DNA from: Pelomyxa schiedti
Lineage: Eukaryota; Protista; Evosea
Assembly: GCA_020536535.1 (NCBI GenBank)
Contig: JAHLWZ010000427.1
Location: 1-64,000, forward strand
Reading direction: 5' to 3'
DNA length: 64,000 nt
The notes below the pieces were generated by a model, which ran no database searches, was not told the DNA's origin, and saw nothing but the letters and a program-made list of their open reading frames with translations. Positions 38,012-51,370 of the stretch are shown one piece after another. The translations under genes and the position numbers were made by a program. Positions within the stretch are counted from its first letter, which is position 1; every line of letters begins with the position of its first letter.

Positions 38012-40762
38012 ATGGCAGATCTTACATCGGTATTACTAGCGGCGCAGTCGGAGAACCAAGCGGTGAGAGTTGCCGCCGAACAGCAACTCAAACAGGCAGA
38101 ACAACAAAACCTTCCTCAGTACTTGGTGGCTTTGGCACAGGAGTTGGGCTCCGATCACCCCGTGTTGTCCAGGAGACTCGCTGGCCTAAACATCAAGAAC
38201 TTGTTTACCGGTAAAGACGAAGGTGTTGTCGCTGAACAGCAAGCACGCTGGGTGGCATTGGATGTAGCAATAAAGGGGCAGGTTTGTAATTCATTTATCT
38301 TCACCTTTTTTCCCCTCCCTTCCTTAATTGTTTTAAAGTCTTGCAGTTGATCTCTTTGCTGATGCCTCTTACAGGTTAAGACTATTATCATGCAAGTTCT
38401 GAGCAGCCCTGTTGCTGATGCCCGGCACAGCGCAGCACAAATCATAAACTGCATAGCTCAAATCGAACTCCCACGCAAGGAATGGCCCGAGTTAATGCCA
38501 ACTCTATGTCAAAATGCAACAACAACAAACGAATTTCTCCGTCAAGTATGTACTGCCATCGTTTGTGGTAAATTATGCTTACATTGCTAGTCTTCGTTGG
38601 AAGCAATTGGCTATATCTGCGAAGAAATCGACGACGAACTTCTTGCTGCAAGTTCAAACCAAATTCTCACGGCTGTTGTTTCTGCGGCTACTCCGGACCA
38701 AGCAAATATGGACATCAAGAGGATTGCTGTACAAGCACTTTTGAATTCTTTGAGTTTTGCCAAAGGTGCTTTTGAGAGGGAAGTTGAACGGACGTATTTG
38801 ATGAGGGTGTTGCTTGAGGCTACTCGGGCACCAGACAACAAAGTGAAAGAATATGCCTTTCAGTGTTTGGTGAAGGTGGCCAGTTTGTACTACAGCAAGC
38901 TGGATGCTTACATACAGGGAATTTTCAATATGACTATCCTTGCTATTAAGAATGAGACTGAACAAGCCGTTGTGCTTCAAGCAATTGAGTTCTGGTCTAC
39001 CTTAGCTGAAGTAGAGACCCAACTGGCAGCTCAAGCTGAGGAGGAAGGCAAAACTGGAGCGAATTCCCCGTGTAAAAATTATGTTCTCGGTGCTCTCCAG
39101 TATCTTATTGAAGCTCTCTGGACGACTTTGCTGAAACAGGAAGAAGACGAAGATGAAGACACGTGGAACATCAGCTGTGGCGGCGGCACATGCCTGGCTC
39201 TGATTTCCCTTTGCGTTCGCGATGCGATTGTACCAATAATTATGCCAGTAATCAGCCAAAACATCCAAAATTCGGAATGGAGGGCTCGCGAAGCCGCTAC
39301 ACTTGCTTTTGGTTCAGTACTCGAGGGACCTGCAAGAGCATCACTTCACACCTTTATTGTAGCTGCTTTACCTATCCTTATGAAACACATGGCAGATCCA
39401 AATGACATGGTAAAGGACACAACGGCTTGGGCCCTAGGCAGAATATTTCAGCATCATAAAGAAGAAGTAGGAGAGAACTTGCATAATGTTATCGCCACTC
39501 TGTTCACGGCCCTCGATACCAGTTCTTCTCTGGTTTCTGCTAATATTTGTTGGGCCGTACACATTATTGCTGAATCCTACGACAGCGGAGATAGTGCAAC
39601 ATCTCCCATGTCTCCCGTATTCCAGTATTGTGTACAAGGACTCATCAAAGCAAGCCAAAGAAAGGACGCGGATGATGACAAATTGCGTTGCTCTGCCTAC
39701 GCAGCCATTAATACACTTGTACACTGCTGTGCCAAAGATTGCATCACCTACGTATCGGCATTGGTTCCTGTTTGCGTGCAGAAAATTCAGACCACCCTCG
39801 CTGCCCCTCCAAAGGACTCCGATGAGAAGAGGGAGTTTGCAGAAACCCAAGCCCTTCTCACAGGTGTTCTCCAGGAGTGCACTACGAAATTAGGTAAAGG
39901 TTTGACGCCTCAAGTGGCTGATGCTTTGATGTTCCTCTATTTGCAAATCCTGGGATCAACTAACTCCTCCGTCAACGAGGAAGCTCTGATGGCAGTTGGC
40001 TCTTTATGCAACGCTGTGGAAGGAGACTTTGTCAAGTATCTGGGACACTTCATGCCTCGTTTGTTAGTTGGGTTGCGCAACTCCGCAGAATATGAAGCGT
40101 GCTGTGTGGCCATAGGCGTGGTTGGGGACCTTTGCCGGGCACTTGCTAACCACATGACTCCTTATGCCGCTGAAATTGTTAAGATTCTTCTCGATCATCT
40201 TCTCAACCCCGAGGTAGACAGGTCAATTAAACCCCCAATTTTCTCTACCTTCGGCGATTTGGCAATGTCTATTGCCGGGGACTTCTTGCCTTTCCTTCCA
40301 AGTGTCATACAGATGCTGCAACAAGCTAGTGTGGCGAAATTGGAGGATTCTGAAGACGATGATCAGATTGACTATCTTAACCAACTTCGCGAGTCAATTT
40401 GTGAGGGCTACACTGGAATTCTTCAAGGTCTTAGGGCGTGTAACAGAGCCAATGATGTGATCTCCGCTGTTGAGCCTATGCTAAGCCTTGTTTCAGTAGT
40501 ACTTGATGATCCAAACAAGACAGAGTCTCTTACTCGATGTGTGGTAGGACTTCTTGGGGACTTAGCCCATTCGGTATGCTGACTTTTCTTTGCCTTTTGT
40601 GCCTGAATACTAACTCTACCGTAGCTGGGACCCAACGTCAAGAGGTGGTTGGCAACCGCAGCCGTCATCAAGGTACTTGACGACGTTCGAGCCGCCGATT
40701 ATTCCGAGACAACACAGAACATTGCCACATGGGCCAAAGAGTTGATCACACAGTTGATGTAG
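38012..40762 (+). CDS. KPNB1: Importin subunit beta-1, 3 introns
   Basis: IBN_N (R.AAEQQL...RRLAGLNIKN), EWPELM, EAIGYICEEI, VVLQAIEFWST, WRAREAATLAFGSVLEGP, VKDTTAWALGRI, KPPIFSTFGDLA, DYLNQLRESICEGYTGILQG. Confidence 0.97.
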
Positions 40763-41026
40763 ACACATCACACCCACTGCTCCCTCCGCTTCAACCGCCG
40801 CTTCCATTTCTAATCTGTCTCATCCCTCCGCAGCAACAGTCTCCTTCCTCTTTTCTTCCTTTTCTACCTCTATTACCTTCTCTCTTATTCTCTTCTCTTT
40901 TCTTTTCTCTTTCTACACCTTTTTTGAAAAAATTTGCCTTGGAAGCATTTCTTCACTGGGTTTTTCTTTATTCCATTTGTAGTGTTTTTTTGTATTGTAC
41001 AGTAGACACACCAAATGTTTTTTGGG

Positions 41027-43229
41027 TTAGGAAGCCTTCCCTCTGTACCAACAGTATGCAAGTGTAACTGCTGTGGAGAGACAAGCAACCCCGAGTGAAA
41101 CTGTTGCCCAGTTGGGGGCAGGCCACCATTGCGAGTGTGGGGGCTCATCCGGCCAATCACGGTGGTATGGGCACGTAGGTGAGGTAGCCGATGGTGTTCT
41201 GGGGTGTGTGCAGTAATGCCGAGAGTGAAGACATATGGGGCATACTAGGCCACTGGGAATGCTCCCTTCGGTGGTGTTTCTGGTGCAGGTTTTGGTGTGT
41301 GCAGTGTAGCTTGCTGTGTAGGAACAGTGGATGTTTGGTAACCCGTTTGTAGAGTTGGTAGGAAAGATGCCGTTGCAGTGTGTGCAGTGGACAGGGCGCC
41401 CTGCACAGACAATATCGTGATCCTCTTTACAGCAAACTCTCACTGGGAGTCTACAAGAGGGACAGTCATACTTGTCACATCTGCAATTTTCAGGGGGGAA
41501 CTTGTCCAAAAGAAAATCAGTATCTAGGCTCGGTTAATCCCACGGGTGTTACAAAAAGGGCCATACAATGAAAAGTGCACCTAGTCTCTCCTTCACACCA
41601 GTTATATATTTGCTCTGCAACTCTTTTACTGCAGATTGGATTGTATGAAATCTCTTGATGGTTATTTGCACTTTCGAACAATTCCCGCAATAAAATGACA
41701 GGATCTCTGTTAGTGCTACGTGATATATATAAGAGTTACAGGAAAGAGAAAAATATTCGTACCAGCGAAGGATATGAGGAACGTAAAATCGCAAAACAGA
41801 GGCACAGAAAGACATCAAGTCTCGCTTTGCCTCGGGAGTCTGAGCAGAAAACCCAGGCCACCACTTTTCTTCATGTGTATCATCCTCTACGAATGCACGT
41901 AAATCACCAGTCTTGAGGGCACAATAGGTGAAGAAAAGATACTCTACTCCTGGTTGTGGGTCACTTCTCAACGTGGAGTGTGCATGAATCTTAATATGAA
42001 TAAACGATGATGCAATTTTCAGCTTTTAACCTTCAAGTCTTCTTGCATTGACGCAAGGTCAAACATTTCTGCCATTTGCCAAGACTCGAGCAAAGTGCTC
42101 CAATTCGTAATAGTATACAGACTCTTACTGGAGGGTGTATGAGAACATTGAAACCACTTGAAAAGGCTGTACTTCTGGGACCATTCCAGAAATCCAACAA
42201 ATCCACCCAGGGGTACTTCCAACTGGATTGTCTCCATAGACTTTGTTCCTTCTTGGGAGTCTCTCCCTTGTAGGGATCTGAAGTGAAACATTCCCTCGAA
42301 GAAAGGACAGCTATGAAAAGATCAGACAATCAAACAAAATGTATGTGCAGAACTGTTTAATCAGGTGAGACTTTTTTCCATATATATTTTTGTCATCAAT
42401 GGAGAAAATAACGTCGGAGTCAGCAGTCTTTACTAAAGGGTCGAACACACTTTCTGGAGGATTAACACAATACTTCTCAGTATTAACTTTTCCCCCAAGG
42501 GCATGCAAGAATAAGGTTGCCACGGGGTCATATGTTTCCTCTTGGTAGGCTGAATAAAACCAGTCGAGGAGGAGAAAAAAATTACCTAACCCTGCTTGCA
42601 GAGGTGTGCGGGAATCCGCATCTAGAGTGTTCAGGGAGTGGCCAAGATCATTGACAAGAAGGTCGATGCATGCAACTCTTCCCTGCAGCATTTACTGTTT
42701 CAGAGAGGAAAGATAGGAGGATGAAGAAACTTGCATGAACAGCAGCCGCGTGTAAAGGGGTCATTCCACTAAGCGGCTCAAACGAGAGCTGGACTTTCAA
42801 AGCGGCTGCCCTTTCACACAAGAGTTTGACACACTCCATGCTGCCATTTTCCACTTGAAGAATGTAGTTTAGAACGTTTTCAAATGATCCACCAAACAAT
42901 TACCTGCAACAAACAAAGGAGTCTTTCCATCCCTGTCAGGAGAATCAATCTCATTCGTATACTCCAGCATCGCCCGCAAGCACAAGAAAGCGTTCTTGTA
43001 TCGAAATAGAAAGCAACCAGTAAGCTTTTAACGAAAGATACTACTTCGTACATAGCAAAACATAACACACCGAGGAGCAGGCGTGATGCAAGAGCGTTTG
43101 ACCGCACATGTCGACAGTCAAAGGTGTCACATAACCATTGCCCTCCAGCACTTCCAGGATCTCTGAGAGGCGATCCTGCCTCACGTACGAAAACACGTTC
43201 CCACATCCCGTCGACGGTGCAAACGACAT
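41027..43229 (-). CDS. Ankyrin-repeat / BTB / Cys-His zinc-finger protein with a C-terminal tail anchor; start approximate
   Basis: GQTLLHHAC, DRDGKTPLFVA, SGMTPLHAAA, DSRTPLQA; SDVIFSIDDKNIYGKKSHL (BTB start); CPSC..H..C...VHC.HC; ends WATVSLGVACLSTAVTLAYCWYRGKAS*. Confidence 0.72.
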
Positions 43230-43476
43230 TCCTTCTCTTTGTTTTTTTTTTAAATGAGTTAGTTCGGCACACCAAACTGTCAAAGCACAAAGTTGTTTGG
43301 CAGTAGTTCCCTACAGAACCTAACGAATTTGAAGCGGAAGATGTTCCACTCAGTGGATAAAGATTGACCTTTCTGGGAAGGAAGCCCAAGACCAATTTAC
43401 TTGAGCAGTGAACTGGAAGAACATCAAATAAAAAAAAAATAACTCGAGCAGTTGTAGAGTGGGGGTGTTTGCGGAG

Positions 43477-44519
43477 ATGGGTGGATCTAACAACAAAATG
43501 ATGCAGGAAGAGGCTGCTCGTGTGCGAAGAGAATACTGCTGTGGGTGTTTTTTGTCCACGCCATTTTTTCCCCTCCACAGGCCTTACCCTTTCCAATCTA
43601 ACCAATAACACACGAAAGTGCCCCAGGATAAACTTGATCAGGTACTTCCGTTAGTTTATTTTTATTCCCGTTGGGTTTTTGTCTAAGGTGCTAACGACTG
43701 TAGGTTTGTGAGGGATTTAGGAAGTACAGTGGCAAAGATGGAAGAATTTCTCGAGAGAACTTCAGAAAAATCGTTGATGGCGTAATGCATCAAGAACTTG
43801 CTGACAAGGTTTTCTTCGAGCCGTTTCAGTTTTTTAACCCATTACTCCAGGTGTTCGACTCCTTCGACCGTGACCATTCCAAGTTTGTAATATTGCACAC
43901 TTCTGTGCACTCATTGTAGCAGTACCATGGATATCCACGAATACTTGTCGATGATGGGGGTCACTCATGGCGGAACCCTTGGTATATATGCCCTCAACTC
44001 CATCAAATTAAACCTGTGATAGAACAAAAACTTAATGGTACCATGTCTCTATCTGATAAAGGACAGTTGCTTATATATGACAGCTTCTTTTGATTTATTT
44101 GATAAAAATGGAGATGGAGTACTCTCCAAAGAAGAAATTAAGTAATTTGCTGTACTTCATTCTTTCATCTAACTTCCTTAAACAACAGAGAAATGTTTGT
44201 TATGATTGTTAAGCAGGTATACTCAACTTGGTATCCGAGTTTTAGTGTCCAACTCACATTTCCAGAAAAAAAGAGCTCTGACACTTGCCCGAACGGGCTC
44301 CGGCGCACTTACATCTGAACCACTGGATGCGGCCTCATTAGCTGCTATAGACGGCGTTGTTGAGACCATATTCGAGCAAGCTGACGCTGATCACGTTGCA
44401 ACCTCTTTCAAATCACTTTCATCCAACACAAACTACAGAATGGCACATTGGATAGAGGTGAATTCATTGCTGGGTTCAGTGCACACCCAGAAGTTTGTGG
44501 ATTTTTCAAGCAGTTTTAA
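43477..44519 (+). CDS. EF-hand calcium sensor (NCS/frequenin-like), probably N-myristoylated, multi-exon
   Basis: MGGSNNK start; VFDSFDRDHSNTMDIHEY, GGTLEQKLNASFDLFDKNGDGVLSKEE, IFEQADADHNGTLDRGEF. Confidence 0.87.
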
Positions 44520-44656
44520 GTTATTTCCAAGTAGCCGGCCTATTTGTGACACAAGTCCATTTTTGAAAGGCCAAGTGACGGTGTGTCATTTAGGGAAAAA
44601 AAAATCGTTTTGTAAAACAATCGTTTATTTATTTAACTGGCACAAACACCACACTA

Positions 44657-46904
<2,248 letters not shown>

Positions 46905-47241
46905 TTGGTGCGTAGCTTTTTGTTTTGGAACGAAATTAAGACAAATTGATTTTGTCTCTGAGCCAATTGGCAATACAATTGGTTGCACCAATTACCCAAT
47001 TGCTTGCACAGAGACCATCACCTCTGTGGGTTCGTACCTCTAAGGGTGTTGAACAACACGTCTTGTCTTCAACACAAAGAAAAAATTTGAAGTTACAAAA
47101 ACAAAAAAGTTTTTTGGGAGGCTTTCCTTGGCTTTGAGTTTCGTGACTTGGCTTTGGGTGCTTCTGCTGCAGCATGTGGTGGAGGGTGGCTCCCTGTATG
47201 CTTGCCAACGACAGAGTGGGCAGGAAGAGAAAGAAGCCAAA

Positions 47242-47391
47242 CAGCACCCCAAGGCCCAAATGCCCACACCAACGAGTCGGCAACCGGGGAGCACCAGGGA
47301 GCAGGCAGCGGAACCGATTGGGCCTTCGGTTCCGAGCCCGCAACCCCGGGTCCCCACTGGCCGACCCGCCCTGTGTGGGCTTGGGGTGCTG
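47242..47391 (-). ncRNA. Candidate structured RNA: 150-nt long hairpin
   Basis: Nested complementary arms closed by cagcaccccaag/cttggggtgctg, apical stem cggaaccga/tcggttccg; about 7 G-U pairs on the minus strand. Confidence 0.55.
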
Positions 47392-47627
47392 AGTGACGAT
47401 GGGAGCAGCACACATGAGATGAAACAACAACAACAACAGCAGCAGATGCAGCAGCAGGTAAGAGGAACTCATTCAGTCACACAGCGGGCGGGAGTGTGCT
47501 CCAAGCATATTCCCCGGGGGTATAACCGTTTTTTTTTTTGCATGCGATAGATATATACAGCCACTGCATGCATATCTCTAAGTGTACATCTCAAAGCCAT
47601 AGAATAAGCCTGCCAGTCCCCCCATGA

Positions 47628-49665
47628 TCAGTTGGAATCCAACACACCACAACCTCCGCAGGTAGGAGGAGGAGTGGGAACTTTGTTGATCGGGATCGGG
47701 ATCAGATTCGAGTTCAGTTTGTCGTCACCATTCTGATGTCAGGATATATATGTTAGTGAGACTCATCACAAATATGGATGGATATAATATTCATACCGGG
47801 TAAATGGATGAAGCTCGAAAAGGAGGCAATACAAACTGCCGAGATGACGCACCACCACCACGTGGAGCAGGAGTGGTAGTGGTAGGAAGCAAGGTAGGGT
47901 GGTCCTGAGGGGTTCTTGCCTTGGGAGGGGATCTGCGGATGAACGGTACTTTCTCGTTGTTGTTGTCGGAGGCAGGAGTACGAGGAGGAGCAGGAACTTT
48001 GTTGATCGGGATCGGGTTCGGTTTGTCACCATTCTGATGAAAGGAAATATGTTAGTTCGAAATGAAATGGATGATATATATTGATACCGGGTAAATGGAA
48101 GAAGCTCGAACTGGAACTGGTGGCGGAGTCCATACAAACTGCCGAGATGACGCACCATCACCACGTGGAGGCAATCCACCATCACCAATCGGTGTGGCTG
48201 TAGGGTGGTCCTGAGGGGTTCTTGCCTTTGGAGGAGATCTGCGGATGAACGGGACTTGGTTACTGTTGTTGGAGGCAATGACCACTGTTGCTGGGGCGGT
48301 TCGACTTGGTGAAATTGAAGGTGTTGTTGCCGCCTTTGGTGTTAGTGCTGGAGTTGAAATTGAAGTTGTTGATGAAGGCAACACCAATGGGTTGGTGGTT
48401 GTGGTTGTGATTGCTGGCACAGGTGACAGCGACGGCGTTGTGCTGTAACCTCGAACAATCATAACACGCGATGGGCCCACAGAAGCTGGTGGTGACCGTG
48501 GTTGTGGTGATGGGTTTGAGGACACCACCGCCTGCTGCCACCACCGCTGCCAATCCCCCAACAGAGGGCTTCTGGACTGTTGTGCATGAGCAACAGCAGC
48601 AACAGCAGCAGCGGGAGTGGTACTCTTAAGATTCCTCTTGGTCTGGAAGGTGCTGGCCACCTGGGAGATCTCCTCACTGAAGAACAACAAGGGAATTTGA
48701 CAACGCTGTGGTTGTCTCCGCGGTGCTGCTGGTGCTGGTGCTGGTGCTGCTGACCGTGACCGTGGAGGTGACCCACCATGAACTGCTGGAACTGGAACCG
48801 GGGGTGGAGAAGGCGGCATCGTCGTCGTGATCATGCGTCGTCGGACTTGGTGCGGAGCAGAAGAAACGGCAGGTGTTGTATTGACCGTGGCACAACCATA
48901 ATGTCTATTGAGCTCTGACCTAGTAGCACCAGTAAAAGTAACAGTACCAGTACTAGCAGTGGTCGCAATCGCAGCAGTAGTGGCATCAGTTTCAGTATCA
49001 GCAGAACTGAACAAGAAATGATGCTGCGAGAAGAAAGAGCGCACGACAAACAAGTGTACACGGACGGTCAATAGCAATATTACGCCGCAAATCCAACCGG
49101 GGATCAAGACGAACAGGCTGTGGAAGACAAATAAGGCATGGCGAGCCGCAGTTGCCGCATAGTGCGTGGATTGGCGGGCAATCAGGCGGAGAAGAAGACA
49201 AAGGCTCCTTCTCGTCGAAGTGCACACCCGCGTAGCACACCAGACAACATGAGCAGCCGCGCACGAAGAGGTCCTCCACGTCAGCAAGGCAGCGCGCAGA
49301 GCGAAACCCGGCGAACGACGTATCAGGAACAGGATCGTCAGCAGAGCACCCAGCACCGGAGAGTTGATGACGACGGAGACGCAGTGGGCCAGGGACACCA
49401 TCACCACGAAAGCTTCCCTGAGCCTGCGCATTGGATCGTGGACCCAGCTCAGAGGCCACATGAACGTGACGATGGCCGCTGGGAGCTCGACCCACCTTCT
49501 TCTTGCCAGCAGCACCGCTTCTCCGAGTGAAAGCTTCCACCGGTCCTTCATCGGCGTGTTGCTCGGCGGGAGTGTGCTTTCGGCATAGTCCAGCATCCAC
49601 TGATCGTGGCGAATGTGCCAAATCAGTCGGTAAGTCGTCCCAGCTGCAAAGTTGAATGTGGCCAT
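47628..49665 (-). CDS. Hypothetical protein with hydrophobic N-terminal half and Pro/Ser/Thr-rich, internally duplicated C-terminus (2 introns)
   Basis: 537-aa ORF splices in frame SSIYP|NGDKPNP...SSIYP|NGDDKLN...DSN*. Confidence 0.6.
47677..48277. repeat. Tandem ~310-bp imperfect duplication (exon plus intron unit)
   Basis: 47677-47974 vs 47993-48277 share ggaactttgttgatcgggatcggg, ataccgggtaaatgga, atacaaactgccgagatgacgcacca, tagggtggtcctgaggggttcttgcctt and gatctgcggatgaacgg. Confidence 0.92.
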
Positions 49666-51370
49666 CAGGACTCGACACCAATCCTGTGGTTGTTGTGAAA
49701 TGTGAGCTTCATTGTCAAAGTATTACTATTATCCTCATCAAAAACGAGTACATCAAATTAGCATTAATTCAATAAATTGTGTGGTGGGTGATGTGTTACA
49801 AACCTCCAAGACGGACTCGTCTTCCTCTTCGTGATTGTTGTTGTTGGTCCTCTGTTTCTCATTGTGGCCGTGGTAATGGTTCTCGACTACCGCTGCCGCT
49901 GCGTTGTACTCCTCAGAAGCATCATAATCGACATCACCCTCCCGAACAACAACCGTGGGGAATCTGCGTGTGTGAGGAGAAGAAAGCGGGTCAGTTCGCG
50001 TGACAACCACCACGAAGAAAAAAAACACGCGACAAGGAGAAGAAGAAAAAACGACGAACACACAACAAACAACACAACACAACGTACATCGTGTCGCCGA
50101 TGATTGCGACCAAGAAATGTGCGACGGCAGTCAGGAGCCACAGCGCCAAGCACGCTCGCAAAAACGTACACGCGATCAAAACGATGAACGAAAGCATGTT
50201 GCTCTCTCTGTGTTGTCACTGATATATACGCGATGGATATATTGCGATAACTCTCTCTGTGTATACGATCGGCTCGAGCGAATGCAAAAAGGTAATTAAA
50301 GAGAAAAAATGGTTTTCCCTTTCAACGGCCCTTATAAACTGCGCAGGGGAATCGAAATTTTCTTTATTTGCAACTGATCCCCTTTGACATCAGTGCCCTG
50401 CTCAGTTGTAAAAAAAGAAACCATCAGAGAGGGTTCCCTTTTTTTTGTCCTTATTATATCTCTAACTTTCTAAAAAACAAACGCAAACATCCAATCTTGT
50501 CTCAAAGACTGAGATTACACAACAACAAACAAACGTTGCCAAGACCGTGAGTTCCCTTTTTGCCCTCCCTCTCAGTGTAACTTTGTGATCATCATCATTT
50601 TTTTTACGTTTTTTTTTTTCATTTCGAGGTGCTACTCGCGGGATTGTTGCCTGTTAAATTGCTCCACAACTCTTGGATTCACGCTCCTTGACTTTTCACC
50701 AGTTCACCCCCGAAAACAGTGCGATCAGGTAACATGGTCTTTTTTTTTTCTTTATTCAACAACACAACAATGCATATATCCTCCCTTCCCTTGCGAATCA
50801 CTTTTCCCACATCATCCCACCAACGGCAACAACAACAACAAACATAAAGGCGAGTAACTCACCTTCAAAGACACAGATATACATTGTTTTATCTCCGCTG
50901 CAACCGGCGCTTGCTTGGCCTGATGCCAGACGTCGTGCCTTGATCCACGGTACATTCTCCCATAATCCGCCACCCACTCACGTGCAGTCGCTACCTACAC
51001 CTCGTGGGTGCTGTGACCTCATCGCCTTCGTATCTTTCATCCCAATAACTCAAACACAGAGACTGGTGCGTGATTGGAAAAGAAGACTGAATGTGGGATG
51101 CTTGAAAGTTGTTGCGAGTGCAAGCGCAAAGTCGTCGGCACACTTCTTGTATTTGTATTAATTTATTTTAAAAAAATGAGAACAGGGTTGAGGTTTTTAA
51201 GTCCCTGGCATTGGTCTCGGGCACATCACGGTACCCCAAAAAAACACCTTCCATCTTGGCTTCATGAGATCTGTGCGCTTTTTCCCGATCTCTTGTTGCA
51301 AGTTTTGTAAATTTCCGAAACAAGCAATGCTATTGCCCGTAGAGGGGCACTATCAAATAATACTTTAGTT

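Noticed and set aside
49750-51310. Short ORFs and simple repeats upstream of the 49665 gene
   Set aside because: No recognisable motif or consistent spliced frame; may hold UTR exons or a decayed gene, but I cannot support a call
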